Source: Octopus vulgaris (Eukaryota). Taken from it: a stretch of 64,000 nucleotides of DNA. The position numbers were made by a program, and so were the translations under genes. The notes below the pieces were generated by a model that searched no databases, had not been told where the DNA came from, and worked only from the letters and a program-made list of their open reading frames with translations. Position 1 is the stretch's first letter. Each line of letters starts with the position of its first letter. Shown one piece after another: positions 52,209 through 64,000 of this stretch. Location: the NCBI GenBank assembly GCA_951406725.2, contig OX597837.1, forward strand, positions 37,324,001 to 37,388,000, given 5' to 3'.

Positions 52209-52739
52209 ATTATTATTATTATTGTTTTTTGTATTTATTTTCGTGTGGCATCGTCCGTTTTTCTGTCCTTGTTTCGTATACATTCGATCCTTTTCCCAAG
52301 AAATCTAATGCTCGTAGCTTAGTTTTTCCTTGGGGCTGGCCAGATCGGAGCGATCTCAAGATTAATCAGCCTAAATTGCAAAGATGATCCGGTTCTTGAC
52401 TGAAGATTGAAGGCTTCAAATGACCCGTCCATTTTCATATCGTCTATTTGAATGTTTTGCGTTTTTTTCCCATTTTGTATTTATATATATATATATCTAT
52501 GCTAGCATGGAAAGCGGACGTTAAACGATGATGATGATGATATATATATATATAATGTATATGTACTGTTAAGTGTGTGTATATATACATGTATGTAGAC
52601 AGTGAGAGAAAGAGAGACCTAAATTAAATAGAGCATGACTGACAACTGCTGGTCGCATTCTAAGAATGTCTTCTAATAACTTAAACAATAACTCCACATT
52701 TTTTATTAGCATAGCCTGCCACAGTGGTTGGATGGCACA

Positions 52740-52812
<73 letters not shown>

Positions 52813-53030
52813 AGACATAACACAGCAGCAACATTGATAGTGTTACTGTATGTACTAGATAAGGTAGACCGCAACCAGATGAGGTGAAAGTGTAAGACCT
52901 GCCCAAGTCATGCACATGCTTGCACGTGTGCAAACACAGGCACATGCACGTGTGTAGGCGTGCCTCCACATTGACACACACACACACACTCAGAGACATA
53001 CATGCACACACATATATAATGATATATATA

Positions 53031-54322
53031 CGAGGAGCGTTCAATAAGTAATGCCTCTGACTCACTTGCAGTTGTTTGATCTAGCTGAAATTTTGCATGT
53101 ACAATTATTTATATCTCTATAGATTAAGTGGAAAATTATAGCCCTGAACTAATTGTAGTTTCTCATTTACAAGTGTTTGAACTGAGTCAAGTGTGAAATG
53201 GAGCATGTTGAGTGTCGAGCAGTGATCCGGTTTTTGTATTTGAAAGGACGCGCACCACGGGAGACTTTTGATGAAATGAAAGTAACTTATGGTGATGATG
53301 CCCCATCATATGACCTTGTAAAACGCTGGCATCGTGAATTCAAACATGGTCCGAACTCTGTGGAAACAGCTCCCAGATCTGGTCGCCCCCTTCTGCCATT
53401 GATGAGGCATCTGTCCTACAAGTTGAGGCTGCCATTTTAGAAGATCGACGCATAACTATTCGCCAAATAGCCCATGAGGTCAAGATTAGTACCGGGTCTG
53501 TGGAAACTATCATTCATGACCATTTGCATATGCAAAAGGTGTCTGCCAGATGGATTCCCAGGTTGCTCACACCTTTCCAGAAGCAAGAACGCGTCGATTG
53601 CTCGAGGATGAATTTGGAGATGTGCCAAGAAGATGAGTCAAAATTTTTCAAAATACTGATTACACAGGATGAAACCTGGGTCCATCACTATGATTCAGAG
53701 ACCAAAGCCCAGTCAATGCAGTGGAAGTACCGTGACTCACCTCCTCCAAAGAAGGCAAGGGTGCGGCCCTCCGCTGACAAGGTCATGCTCACAGTCTTCT
53801 GAGACCAGGACGGAGTAGTGATGACAGATTTCCTGGCAAAGGGTGCCACAATTACAGGAGTCTTTTATGCTTCACTTTTGAGGAAATTAAGAGAAGCTAT
53901 CAAAATCAAGAGGCGGGGCAAGATCAGCAAAGGCATCCTCCTCCTGCAGGACAACGTTCCGATTAACAACTCGCGTGTCGCCAGATCAGAAGCACAGGCG
54001 TGCGGCTATGAACACATCCCCCATTCCCCCTACTCCCCTGACCTTGCACCCTCTGATTTTCACCTCTTCCCAGCCATGAAGTTGTTTTTGAAAGGAAAGC
54101 GTTTCCCAGATGATGCAGCCTTGATTTCTGAAGTCACGTCGTGGTTGGAGGACCAAGCTGGGATCTTCTACAAAAACGGTCTTCAGAGCTGCATCAAACG
54201 ATGGAAGAAATGCGTAACTCTGGGTGGTTCCTACGTACAAAAAGACTAATAACTGTTCCAAGTTTCGTTGCTCTACTGCTATGGGAAGTGGGTCAGGGGC
54301 ATTACTTATTGAACGCCCCTTG
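53031..54322 (+). mobile_element. Full-length Tc1/mariner element (DD34D, irritans-like), 1292 bp
   Basis: TIRs CGAGGAGCGTTCAATAAGTAATGCC and GGCATTACTTATTGAACGCCCCTTG, with TA on both flanks and an internal transposase. Confidence 0.95.
53198..54249 (+). pseudogene. Disrupted mariner transposase
   Basis: HTH N-terminus with RSGRP, then WIPRLLT, DETW, LLQDN and YSPDLAPSDF; 34 residues lie between the 2nd and 3rd Asp. There is a frameshift near 53390 and an in-frame TGA at 53800-53802 where VFW is expected. Confidence 0.93.
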
Positions 54323-54514
54323 TATATATATATTAGCACATTAAATATATATAGGCGCAAGAGTGGCTGTGTGGTAAGTAGCTTGCTAACCAACCACATG
54401 GTTCCGGGTTCAGTCCAACTGCGTGGCATCTTGGGCAAGTGTCTTCTGCTATAGCCCCGGGCCAACCAATGCCTTGTGAGTGGATTTGGTAGACGGAAAC
54501 TGAAAGAAGCCCAT

Positions 54515-54551
<37 letters not shown>

Positions 54552-55206
54552 GTATGTATATATAAACTATGCTTATAGACACACATACATACATATCTAT
54601 GAATGTATGTATGTACACAATGCACACACATACAAACATGCATAAAGTAAATACAGGGATAAGAGAAAAACAAGAAAAGGAAGGAAGGAAGGAACGGATG
54701 GACGGATAGCCACAGAGAGACAGACAGACAGACAGACAGAGGTGAAACTGTTATGAAACTTTTTAGTCTTTCCATGAAGGAAGAACATATTTTACACAGG
54801 AAAAATAAAATTTGTCGAACTAAAGAATTTACTATTAGGGTCACACATATTTCTGTCAGTTTTATAGGTTAAGAGGAAACTAGGGGACAGTGTTACTCTT
54901 TTTGCTGACAACGGTGGGGTGGGGTTTCGATTTTGTTATAAGATGATAGAGAAGGGTGGGAGAGGGACAGTACATGTGACCTTTGCAAACATTTTCTCCT
55001 GAATCAGCAAGATTGATGCAGTTAGTAATTGATATCCAGTTTGTAAATTAATATGTTGATTCAAGTAAGGGAAAACCCCCTGGGGAGGAAATACCAGAGG
55101 GATACAGTTCAATGGGGAAGAATGACTGGGAGGTGAAATATAATATGGAAGAACGAGAAGCAGACGCAAGGGAGACGAAGGGATCGAATAGGTTTGTGAT
55201 GGAGAT

Positions 55207-55625
55207 AAGGCGGCGAGCTGGCAGAATTGTTAGCACGCCGGGCGAAATGCGTGGCTGTATTTCGTCTGCCGTTACGTTCTGAGTTCAAATTCCGCCGAGG
55301 TCGACTTTGCCTTTCATCCTTTCGGGGTCGATTAAATAAGTACCAGTTATGACCTGGTGTCGATGTAATCGACTTAATCCGTTTATCTGTCCTTGTTTGT
55401 CCCCGCTGTGTTTAGCCCCTTGTGGGCAGTAAAGAAATAGGTATTTCGTCTGTCTTTATGTTCTGAGTTCAAATTCCGTCGAGGTCGACTTTGCCTATCA
55501 TCCTTTCGGGGTCAATAAATTAAGTACCAGTTACGCACTGGGGTCGATATAATCGACTTAATCCGTTTGTCTGTCCTTGTTTGTCCCCTCTGTGTGTAGC
55601 CCCTTGTGGGCAGTAAAGAAATAGA
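55207..55625 (+). mobile_element. SINE-B dimer with 14-bp TSD
   Basis: Junction at 55434; TSD TTTGTGATGGAGAT at 55193-55206 and 55626-55639. Confidence 0.9.
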
Positions 55626-56869
55626 TTTGTGATGGAGATTATAAGCAGCTCACGTGTACTAACAGTGTGGTTGCTATTGGTAACGATTGAGTAACCCTTT
55701 TTTATTTGTTTCACCTTTTCGTCTGTCTGTCTGTCTTTCTCTCTCTCCCCTTCATCACTACCACCGTCACATCAGCCTCTGTACTCCCAAATTATGCTTA
55801 CCCTCCATCAACATTAAACACCTCAGTGCATTCTTCCAGTATATATATTTCTTTATTACCCACAAGGGGCTAAACACAGGGGGGACAAACAAGGACAGAC
55901 AAAGGGATTAAGTCAATTACATCGACCCCAGTGTGTAACTGGTACTTATTTTATCGACCCCGAAAGGATGAAAGGCAAAGTCGACCTCGGCGCAATTTAA
56001 ACTCAGAACATAACAACGGACGAAATACGGCTACGCATTTCGCCCACCGTGCTAACGTTTCTGCCAGCTAGTTGGTAACTCTTTGGGAAAAAGAAATGAT
56101 AAAGAAGTTCCCTCCTTGCTCCAGCCAACCGTTTTTCAAAGCAAGGTACAACAGCCCCATCAATGTCCTGTAATATCGCAAGACTGTAAGTGGGTAACAC
56201 CGGGGGATACATTTGTAGTGGTCTACATAGCTAAATAGTTGAATGAATTCCCTTGCAAGAAAGATTATAGAGTAACCTTCCTTTTCTAAGTTTCTCGAAG
56301 CATCTGTGTCATGAGACGTGACTCTTAATTATTCAAGAAGCACTAGTGAGAGAGGTTTGCAACTATGTGACTTGGGGTTCAGTCCCACTGCATGGTACCT
56401 TGGACAAACATCTACTATAGCCCAAGGCCACCAAAGCCTTGTGAGTAGACAGAAACTCAAACAAGCCCGTCGTATATATATATATATATCATCATCATTT
56501 AACGTCTATTGTCCATGCTTGCATGGGATGGACAGTTTGACTGGTCTGGTACACTGCACCAGACTCCAGTCTAATTTGGCATGTTTTTTCCAAATACTAA
56601 CCACTCCGAGAGTGTAATGGGTACTTTTATGTGCCACCGGCGTAGGTGGCATTTGTGAGACACCAGGGTGCGTTAACGTGCCACCAGCATGGGTGCCTTT
56701 TTCCGGTTCACTGGTATCTGGCATGAATGCGATTTAGCTCGGCGTGGTGGGTCTTCTTCTCGAGCTCAACATAATGCCAAAAGTCTCAGTCGTTGCTTCC
56801 GTGAGGTCCAATGCTCAAAATGAACTTGGCCACTTTGCCTCTGTGTGCTTGTGTCTTCAAACAGAGAAG

Positions 56870-56932
<63 letters not shown>

Positions 56933-56980
56933 TACACACACATATATATACATGTCTACATACAAACAAATATACATACA

Positions 56981-57180
56981 CACAAGAGTGTGCTGAAAAG
57001 TTTCTGGTTTTGGGTAAAAGAGAATACAGGAGGATCCGTTATTTGTGATCTTATTCAACATATTTCCCTCTCAGATTCACTCACTTATTGCAGCGGTCCT
57101 TCAGTTATTCTAAGCCCTGTAAAAGAACTCAGAATGTTGGGCCTCCAACCAGGCCTTTCATGATATCCTTAGAGCAAGGA
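56981..57180 (-). mobile_element. Mariner 3' end fragment with degenerate TIR
   Basis: Minus-strand frameshifted KAWLEAQHSEFFYR... C-terminus and TIR-like CAAGAGTGTGCTGAAAAGTT. Confidence 0.55.
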
Positions 57181-57934
57181 ACTCTTCAGTATTTGTATAT
57201 AGGGTAAAGGGGTATATATACATTTATATACATGTATATATACATTTATATACAGGAGTGGCTGTGTGGCAAGTAGCTTGCTTACCAACCACATGGTTTC
57301 ACGTTCAGTCCCACTGCGTGGCATCTTGGACGAGTGTCTTCTGTTATAGCCCCGGGCCGACCAAAGCCTTGTGAGTGGATTTGGTAGACGGAAACTGAAA
57401 GAAGCCTGTCGTATATATGTATATATATATATATATATATATGTGTGTCTGTGTTTGTCCCCCTAGCATTGCTTGACAACCGATGCTGGTGTGTTTACGT
57501 CCCCGCAACTTAGTGGTTCAGCAAAAGAGACCAATAGAATAAGTACTAAGCTTCCAAAGAATAAGTCCTGGGGTCGATTTGCTCGACCAAACTGTACTCC
57601 AGCATGGCCACAGTCAAATGACTGAAACAAGTAAAAGGGTATATATACACATATATACATATACACACACACATACACATATGTATATATGTGTGTGGGT
57701 GTGTTTGTGTGTTTTCTGAAACAATGTCACTAGGTCCAGCGATCTTCACCATAGAAGTCTGAGCTGGACAGTGTCCACAGAAACCTCCTCAGCCAAGCAA
57801 ACCATTCCATGGTTACACACTGATCAGGTTAGCAGGGACCCTTTCACAGAAATTGCGAGTAACAAACATTATTATTTGTTATGTAAAGCACAAATAATCA
57901 GTCGCATCCGAGGAGAGACTCATGTCAGGTCTGT

Positions 57935-57969
57935 GTTGCCAAGGAAACAATCTGTGTTGTCATGGAAAT
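57935..57969. promoter_or_regulatory. Tandem RFX X-box motifs
   Basis: GTTGCCAAGGAAAC (57935-57948) and GTTGTCATGGAAAT (57956-57969), compared with consensus GTTGCCATGGCAAC, in unique sequence. Confidence 0.5.
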
Positions 57970-60294
57970 GGTAAGCAAAGAATCATTTTGTTAAGGAAAT
58001 TATCTGTATTGTTGAAATAGCCTGAAAATGCTAAATTCTTCTCCACTGGTTTTGTACATTCTATCAGAGGCCACATTTGAGGTGGACATGATAAACTTGA
58101 TTAGAACACAACATAATGACCACTCCTACAGAACGTATGCCTGTTGTCTTCTGACCCACGATAGAACTGTTGTAATCTAATCTGAACGCATGCAGTCATT
58201 TGAGAAGTAAATCTAAATATTTAATTGCTAGAGTAATGAACACAACATGAGCTGTGAATAAATAATTACAAGGATACATTTTAACTCTTTAGCATTCAGA
58301 TTACTCTGTCAAATGTAAACCCTGTTTAACCCTTTCGTTACCAACCCGGCTGAAACCACCTCTGGCTCTGCAGTACAAACGTCTTGTTTTCATAAATTTT
58401 GAATAAAAATCTTCCACCAAACCTTAGTCACAATTTATGTTCCTAACAGTATGGCCGGTTTAAACACTAAAAGGTTAAAGTTCACAAATTTAAAAAAAAG
58501 ACATTAGTACTACAGAGCTAGAGGCGGTTTCAGTCAGGTTGGTATCAAAAGGGTTAATAATAATAGCAAATATTCTGCTCAATACCACAAATTTCCATGT
58601 CAGCTGCTTGACCATAACCTGTTGAGTATGTCCCTTAGTGGCTGACGAGAGGTGCATCTCTGATCATGAGTAGAAGTATGGAAGCATCACAGCCATGTGT
58701 CGAGAGGAATTCTTTAGGGTTTGAATAATCCACCTCAGGAAATATGAGTGTTTTGTTCATCATCCTTAAACAGCCCTTACTCAGAGACCTTTTGAGTAGG
58801 ATGGCAAACAAACAAACAAACACAACTGAAAACAATACCTCTGCCTTCACTAAGGCAGAGGTAATAATCCTTTCTACTGGAAGCACAAGGCTTCAAATAT
58901 GGGGGACGGGATTAAGTTGTGTGTAACTGGTATTTATTTAATTGACCCCGAAAGGATGAAAGACAAGGTCGACCTTGATGGAATTTGAAAATAATAATAA
59001 TAATAATAAGGCGGCAGTAACAATAATTGTTTTTACTATAGACACAAGGCCTGAAATTTTGGAGGAGAAGGATAGTTGATTACATCAACCCCAGTGCTCA
59101 AGTAGTGCTTATTTCATCAACCCCTAAAGGATGAAAGACAAAGTCCACCTCAGTAGAATTTGGACCCCTAATGAAAAGGCAGGTGAAATGCTGCCAAGCA
59201 TTTTGTCTGGCATGAAAATGATTCTGCCTACTTGCAGCTTTATAATATAACATCATGTGGTGATCATGTGATTGACCAGACTCAGATGTTGTTATACATC
59301 ACTTGTTACAATGCGCTTTGCATTGTTTTAGCTTTCGAATGACGTCACCCTGCTGGCCAGGCAAGCAGACCAACATCTCCCCTGATCAGGGGAGATGTTG
59401 TCCATTGCAGGGTTAGCTATTTACAGGTGAGTGGATTGGAGCAACATGAAATGAAGTGTTTTGCTCAAGAACACATTACTCAGCTAGTTTGGGAATTGAA
59501 ACCATGTTCTCATGATTGTGTGTACAACACACCTAACCACTAGGCCACATGCCTTCACATACAATAGAATAGTCCTTTCTATTACAGGCACAAGGCCTGA
59601 AATTTGAAGGGAGGGAGCTAGTCGGTCACATCGACCCCAGTTCTTGACTGGTATTTAATTTATCGACCCCAAAAGGATGAACGGTAAAGTCAACCTCGGC
59701 GGAATCTGAATGTAGCGCAAATGAAATACTGCTAAGCATTAAGGGTAGCTCACTGTCCTTTTAACATAACATAATAATATAATGTTACGCATTGTAAATC
59801 AAGGAGATGTATCTGAAGTGTTAGTCACATTACTTTCTCTTCACAGCACAATGGCATGCATTAAAATTTTGCTCGTTTTCATATCGAATCTCAACCCACT
59901 TTCTTCTCCGCACCCCACCTCTGTCTCCCTGCATCAATAGAAAATGAAAATGTGAGAAAGAGTTGGGGTGGGGGAAGAAACGAAAGGTGATCTGTAAGAT
60001 TAACAATAGCACCTTTTTTTTTTTTAATCTAAAATATTCTCTGACAAGAAACTAAGTTAAATATTTGTTATCATCAGGTAAATAAAACTGTGCCTTGGAA
60101 TAAATTCAGAGTCATTAGGGCATGAGATAAAATGCTTTGCGGTGTCCATTGCAGCTATTTGAGGCCTGAGTTCAAATCATGGTGAGGTCAACTTTGTTTT
60201 TTATTATTTCGGGGGTTGATAAATATATTACCAGTCTGCACACAGATGCTGGGAATGGATCAGACAAGTCCTCAGTTGAGATCAAGAAAGTGAC

Positions 60295-60495
60295 TGTATG
60301 GTGGCACTAAAATGGCAGCCTGAGGGGAAAAGAGCAGCAGGGCACCTGAAAACCATATTGTGAAGGACCATTGACAAGGAAAGGAGATGAGAATGGTGGG
60401 GGAGCAGGAATGATACCAGGACAGTGGCAGAAAACAGATTGTGTTGTGGCCTTAAGTACCTCATGGCATGGGGAGAACTAACTAGTCTAGTCCAG
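60295..60495 (+). mobile_element. RTE-type LINE 3' fragment
   Basis: ALKWQPEGKRAAGHLKT...RTIDKERR...TRTVAENR with stops. Confidence 0.6.
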
Positions 60496-61019
60496 TGCAG
60501 GGGTTGGTTCTTTCATTCTCTCTTGATAAGGAACTTGATGTGGCCAGACCCAGAGAATGATGAGCTCTCTTAAGTTTTAAAATTTCCAGGGTGCACCGTA
60601 TGTTACAATGATCCCTTATGATTGTAGCTGGAGTTCAGGGCCCAAGGCAAAATTAGTACCAAGCAAGGCAAAAAAACAATTTGTTTCTTTACTACCCACA
60701 AGGGGCTAAACACAGAGGGGACAGTCAAAGGGATTAAGTCGATTACATCGATCCCAGTGCGTAACTGGTACTTAATTTATCTACCCCGAAAGGATGAAAG
60801 GGAAAGTCGACCTCGGCGGAATTTGAACTCAGAACGTAACGGCAGATGAAATACGGCTACGCATTTCGCCCGACGTCTGAACGTTTCTGCCAGCTCGCCG
60901 TCCTCAGAAAAACAATAATTACTAGGGTGCCAATACAGCATGAATTGTGAAAATATATAAATACATGTGTGTGAGCATGTATGTATGTGTGTATATATGT
61001 GTGTTTATGCCTGTGTGTG

Positions 61020-61058
<39 letters not shown>

Positions 61059-61173
61059 CACATGATCACGTGACCGACCAGACCATCAGACATTGCTACA
61101 CATCGCTGGTCATAATGCGTTCGCATTGTTTTAGCCTTCGAATGACACCACCCCGCTTGCTAAGTGAGCAGGC

Positions 61174-61214
<41 letters not shown>

Positions 61215-61439
61215 TGTAAATAGTGAAGTATTATTCCAAATGTTTACTGGTTTGCTCTGAGTAAGGTATTCAAAATAGGTTATTCAAGTTAAATAATAAA
61301 TCCAATAATATTCTAATAAGATAAGAATTTAGAGATATATTCTGCTGTTGGATAATTCTGAATAGATTATCTTAACCATATATCATATAAGTAATACTGG
61401 AGTAAGGGGTTCTGTAATGATGACACAACTGGATTTACA

Positions 61440-62130
61440 TAGATGGGGACACAAATGGGTTACACAGGTGGGACACAAATGGGTTACACAGGTGGGACAC
61501 AAATGAGAAATATAACATAGGGGACACGAACGGGAAACATAACAGTGAGGACATAACTGGGCCACATAGTGATGGCAAAACTTGATTGCAATGTGGGGAC
61601 ACAGATGGGTTATATAGAGGGGACATAACTGGGTCATATAGCAGGGATGCAACTGGAATATATAGTGGGGCTACAACTGGGTGACATAGTAGGGACATAA
61701 CTGGCTTATATAATGGGGAGGCAACTGAGTTTTGTAGCAGGGATGCAATTATGTTATACAGCAGAGACCTAACTGAGTTAAGTAACAGGGACACAACTGG
61801 GTTACCTAGTGGGGACATAAAGGGGTTACATAAAAGGCGGTGAGCTGGTAGAAACGTTAGCATGTCGGGCGAAATGCGTAGCCATATTTCGTCTGCCGTT
61901 ATGTTCTGAGTTCAAATTCCGCCGAGGTCGACTTTGCCTTTCATCCTTTCGAGGTCGATAAATTAAGTACCAGTTACGCACTGGGGTCGATATAATCGTC
62001 TTAATCCGTTTGTCTGTCCTTGTTTGTCCCCTCTATGTTTAGCCCCTTGTGGGCAATAAAGAAATAATAAAGGGGTTACATAATCGGGATGCAATTGGGT
62101 AACATAGTAGGGTCACAACTGGCACAATGA
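61440..62130. repeat. Degenerate ~24-bp minisatellite interrupted by a SINE-B
   Basis: GGGACACAAATGGGTTACACAG-like units. Confidence 0.75.
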
Positions 62131-63099
62131 CTGAGTTATTTAATGGTGAAACAGTTGGTCTAAATGAAGGCAACATAAAGGACTTGCATAGTGGTGGCCC
62201 CACAACTGGGGTTGCAATTTCGGCACATGGGGTTTGTGTTAAGATACAATATATGAGTCACGTAGTCACGCGATAGCAATATATCTCTGCTGTTTGATTG
62301 TGGCACAACAGCATAATTAGACTGCAATGGTTAAATTATTGCGTTGTATGATGGAGCATGGAATATAAAGAGCTGGAACAGGATATTATGAGGTACTGAC
62401 ATCGTTGAACGCTAACGATTTCACTAATTTATTTCTCTGGATTGGTGGTACTTTATAAATGTTATTTATTATTTGTTTTTGTTGACCCCCAGAAGACATG
62501 AACAGCAAAGATGATGATAATGCGGATAATGGTATCGATGGTGGTGATGATGTTGCGGGTGGTGGTGATGATGGTGGTGGTATTGATTATGATGATGGTG
62601 TAGATGTAGACAGTGGTGATAACAATGATGATGGTGATGGTGGTGGTGGTGTTGGTGATAGTAATGGTGGTGGTGATGATGATGATGATAGTGGTACTGA
62701 TGGTGGTGTAGAAGGTGGTGACGGTGGTGGTTATGGTAGTAGTGTTTATGAGTGGTGGTGGTAGTTACGGCGGTGATTGCCATGGTAGTGGTGTTGATGA
62801 TGGTGGTGGTGTCAATGGTGGGATGGTGGTGGTGGTGACAGTAGTAGGGAGATGATGATGATGATGACAATAGAATGAGTCAAAATAAAAACACTGACAA
62901 GCCTGCTCCCCTCCCACTCCCCATATACTCCAGCCCACCCTCATCACACCCAAGCAATTCCTGCTTTTTCTTACTTTACACCCACAATATTGAGTAGTGG
63001 GGAGAGGGACATTTGGGGCAGAGTGATAGCATGCTGAGTGGAGGCTGAAGGGTGTGTTGAGTGGAGATGGAGAGTATGTGGAGTTGAGATGGAGAGTGA

Positions 63100-63310
63100 C
63101 TGTGGTGAGTGGAGATCAGTGAGTGTGGTGAGTGGAGGTCGGAGAGTGAGTGTGGTGAGTGGGGGTCGGAGAGTGAGTGTGGTGAGTGGAGGTCGGAGAG
63201 TGAGTGTGATGAGTGGAGATTGGAGAGTGTGTGTGTGTGTGTTGAGTGAAGGTTGGAGAGTGAGTGTGATGAGTGGAGATCAGAGAGTGAGTGTATTGAG
63301 TGGAGGTTGG
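63100..63310. repeat. 27-bp minisatellite
   Basis: GAGTGAGTGTGGTGAGTGGAGGTCGGA units. Confidence 0.85.
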
Positions 63311-64000
63311 TGAGAAGAGAATAGGTCAATGTCGGGTGAACTTGAAAGGTTGTTGTTAATGTTGTTATTGTTTAGCCTCAGTTAAGCTCTCATCAGGCAG
63401 ACTTACAATCAAAGCCATTCCAACCAGCCATGACCATCCCTTCATCTACTCATATATCAAAGACCTTAAATAATCTAATGTACTCTTCTTACTTAAAACA
63501 GCAGGGTGGGACTTGAGGGAGATTTGGCTGTTATTTCTAGCATACGCAGTGTGTTGTTGTCAACCTTTACATTACTCAATACCCTCGTTCACCAAATGGC
63601 ATTTTACAAATGCCTACAGCAATTGTTTCTCTCAAACAGAAGCTAATTTTGTGCAGTAATTTATCATCCCCTCACCTTCTCCAATCCCCTGAATCACTTG
63701 TTTTTATCCACATTCCTGTAACTTGAAAGTATCCTCTGATATCTTTACCACCATTGGGTCTATCTCCCTGTCTGTCTGTTTGTCTCCCTCTGCCTTCTGT
63801 CTCCACTCCTCTCTCTTTTCCAAGTGGGGTGACCATGTATCCCCTTTACAGTAAGCCACTTGTACCTGTTCCTCTATCGTACTTTAACCTCTCATCCCTT
63901 GGCATTAAGCCTCATCCCTCAATGCTACACACTCCTTGGTTGTGGGGTCTTGTCTTGCAAGTCACTTTGGTGACCTCACTAACGTTGGTGCTACATAAAA

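Noticed and set aside
62345-62401. Possible C/D snoRNA (ATGATGG...CTGA)
   Set aside because: The C box is imperfect, the span is only ~55 nt, and it lies on the strand opposite the host gene.

Overview
This is an AT-rich, microsatellite- and SINE-saturated animal genomic window. The repeat families look like those of an Octopus/coleoid cephalopod genome, which is an inference from recognition and not a database result. The only confidently supported host gene is a minus-strand Rab43/Rab19-family small GTPase with three GT-AG coding exons at 24528-24711, 21823-21968 and 20445-20561. Its 5' coding exon(s) were not found, implying an intron of more than 39 kb or a small exon I missed. The rest is mostly mobile DNA: a full-length but disabled DD34D mariner (53031-54322), mariner, RTE, CR1 and Penelope fragments, a non-autonomous Helitron, piggyBac-like and hAT-like MITEs, two long foldback palindromes, at least five SINE families and long simple repeats. 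Nearly all ORFs in the supplied track are repeat artefacts. The most notable observations are: (1) a SINE that occurs as TSD-flanked 1-3-mers joined at one recurrent palindromic junction next to its tRNA-like anticodon loop; (2) a candidate second Rab terminal exon ending CCFKK*; (3) a MITE-cargo-MITE composite present twice; and (4) clustered RFX X-box and K50-homeodomain motif islands in the large intron.
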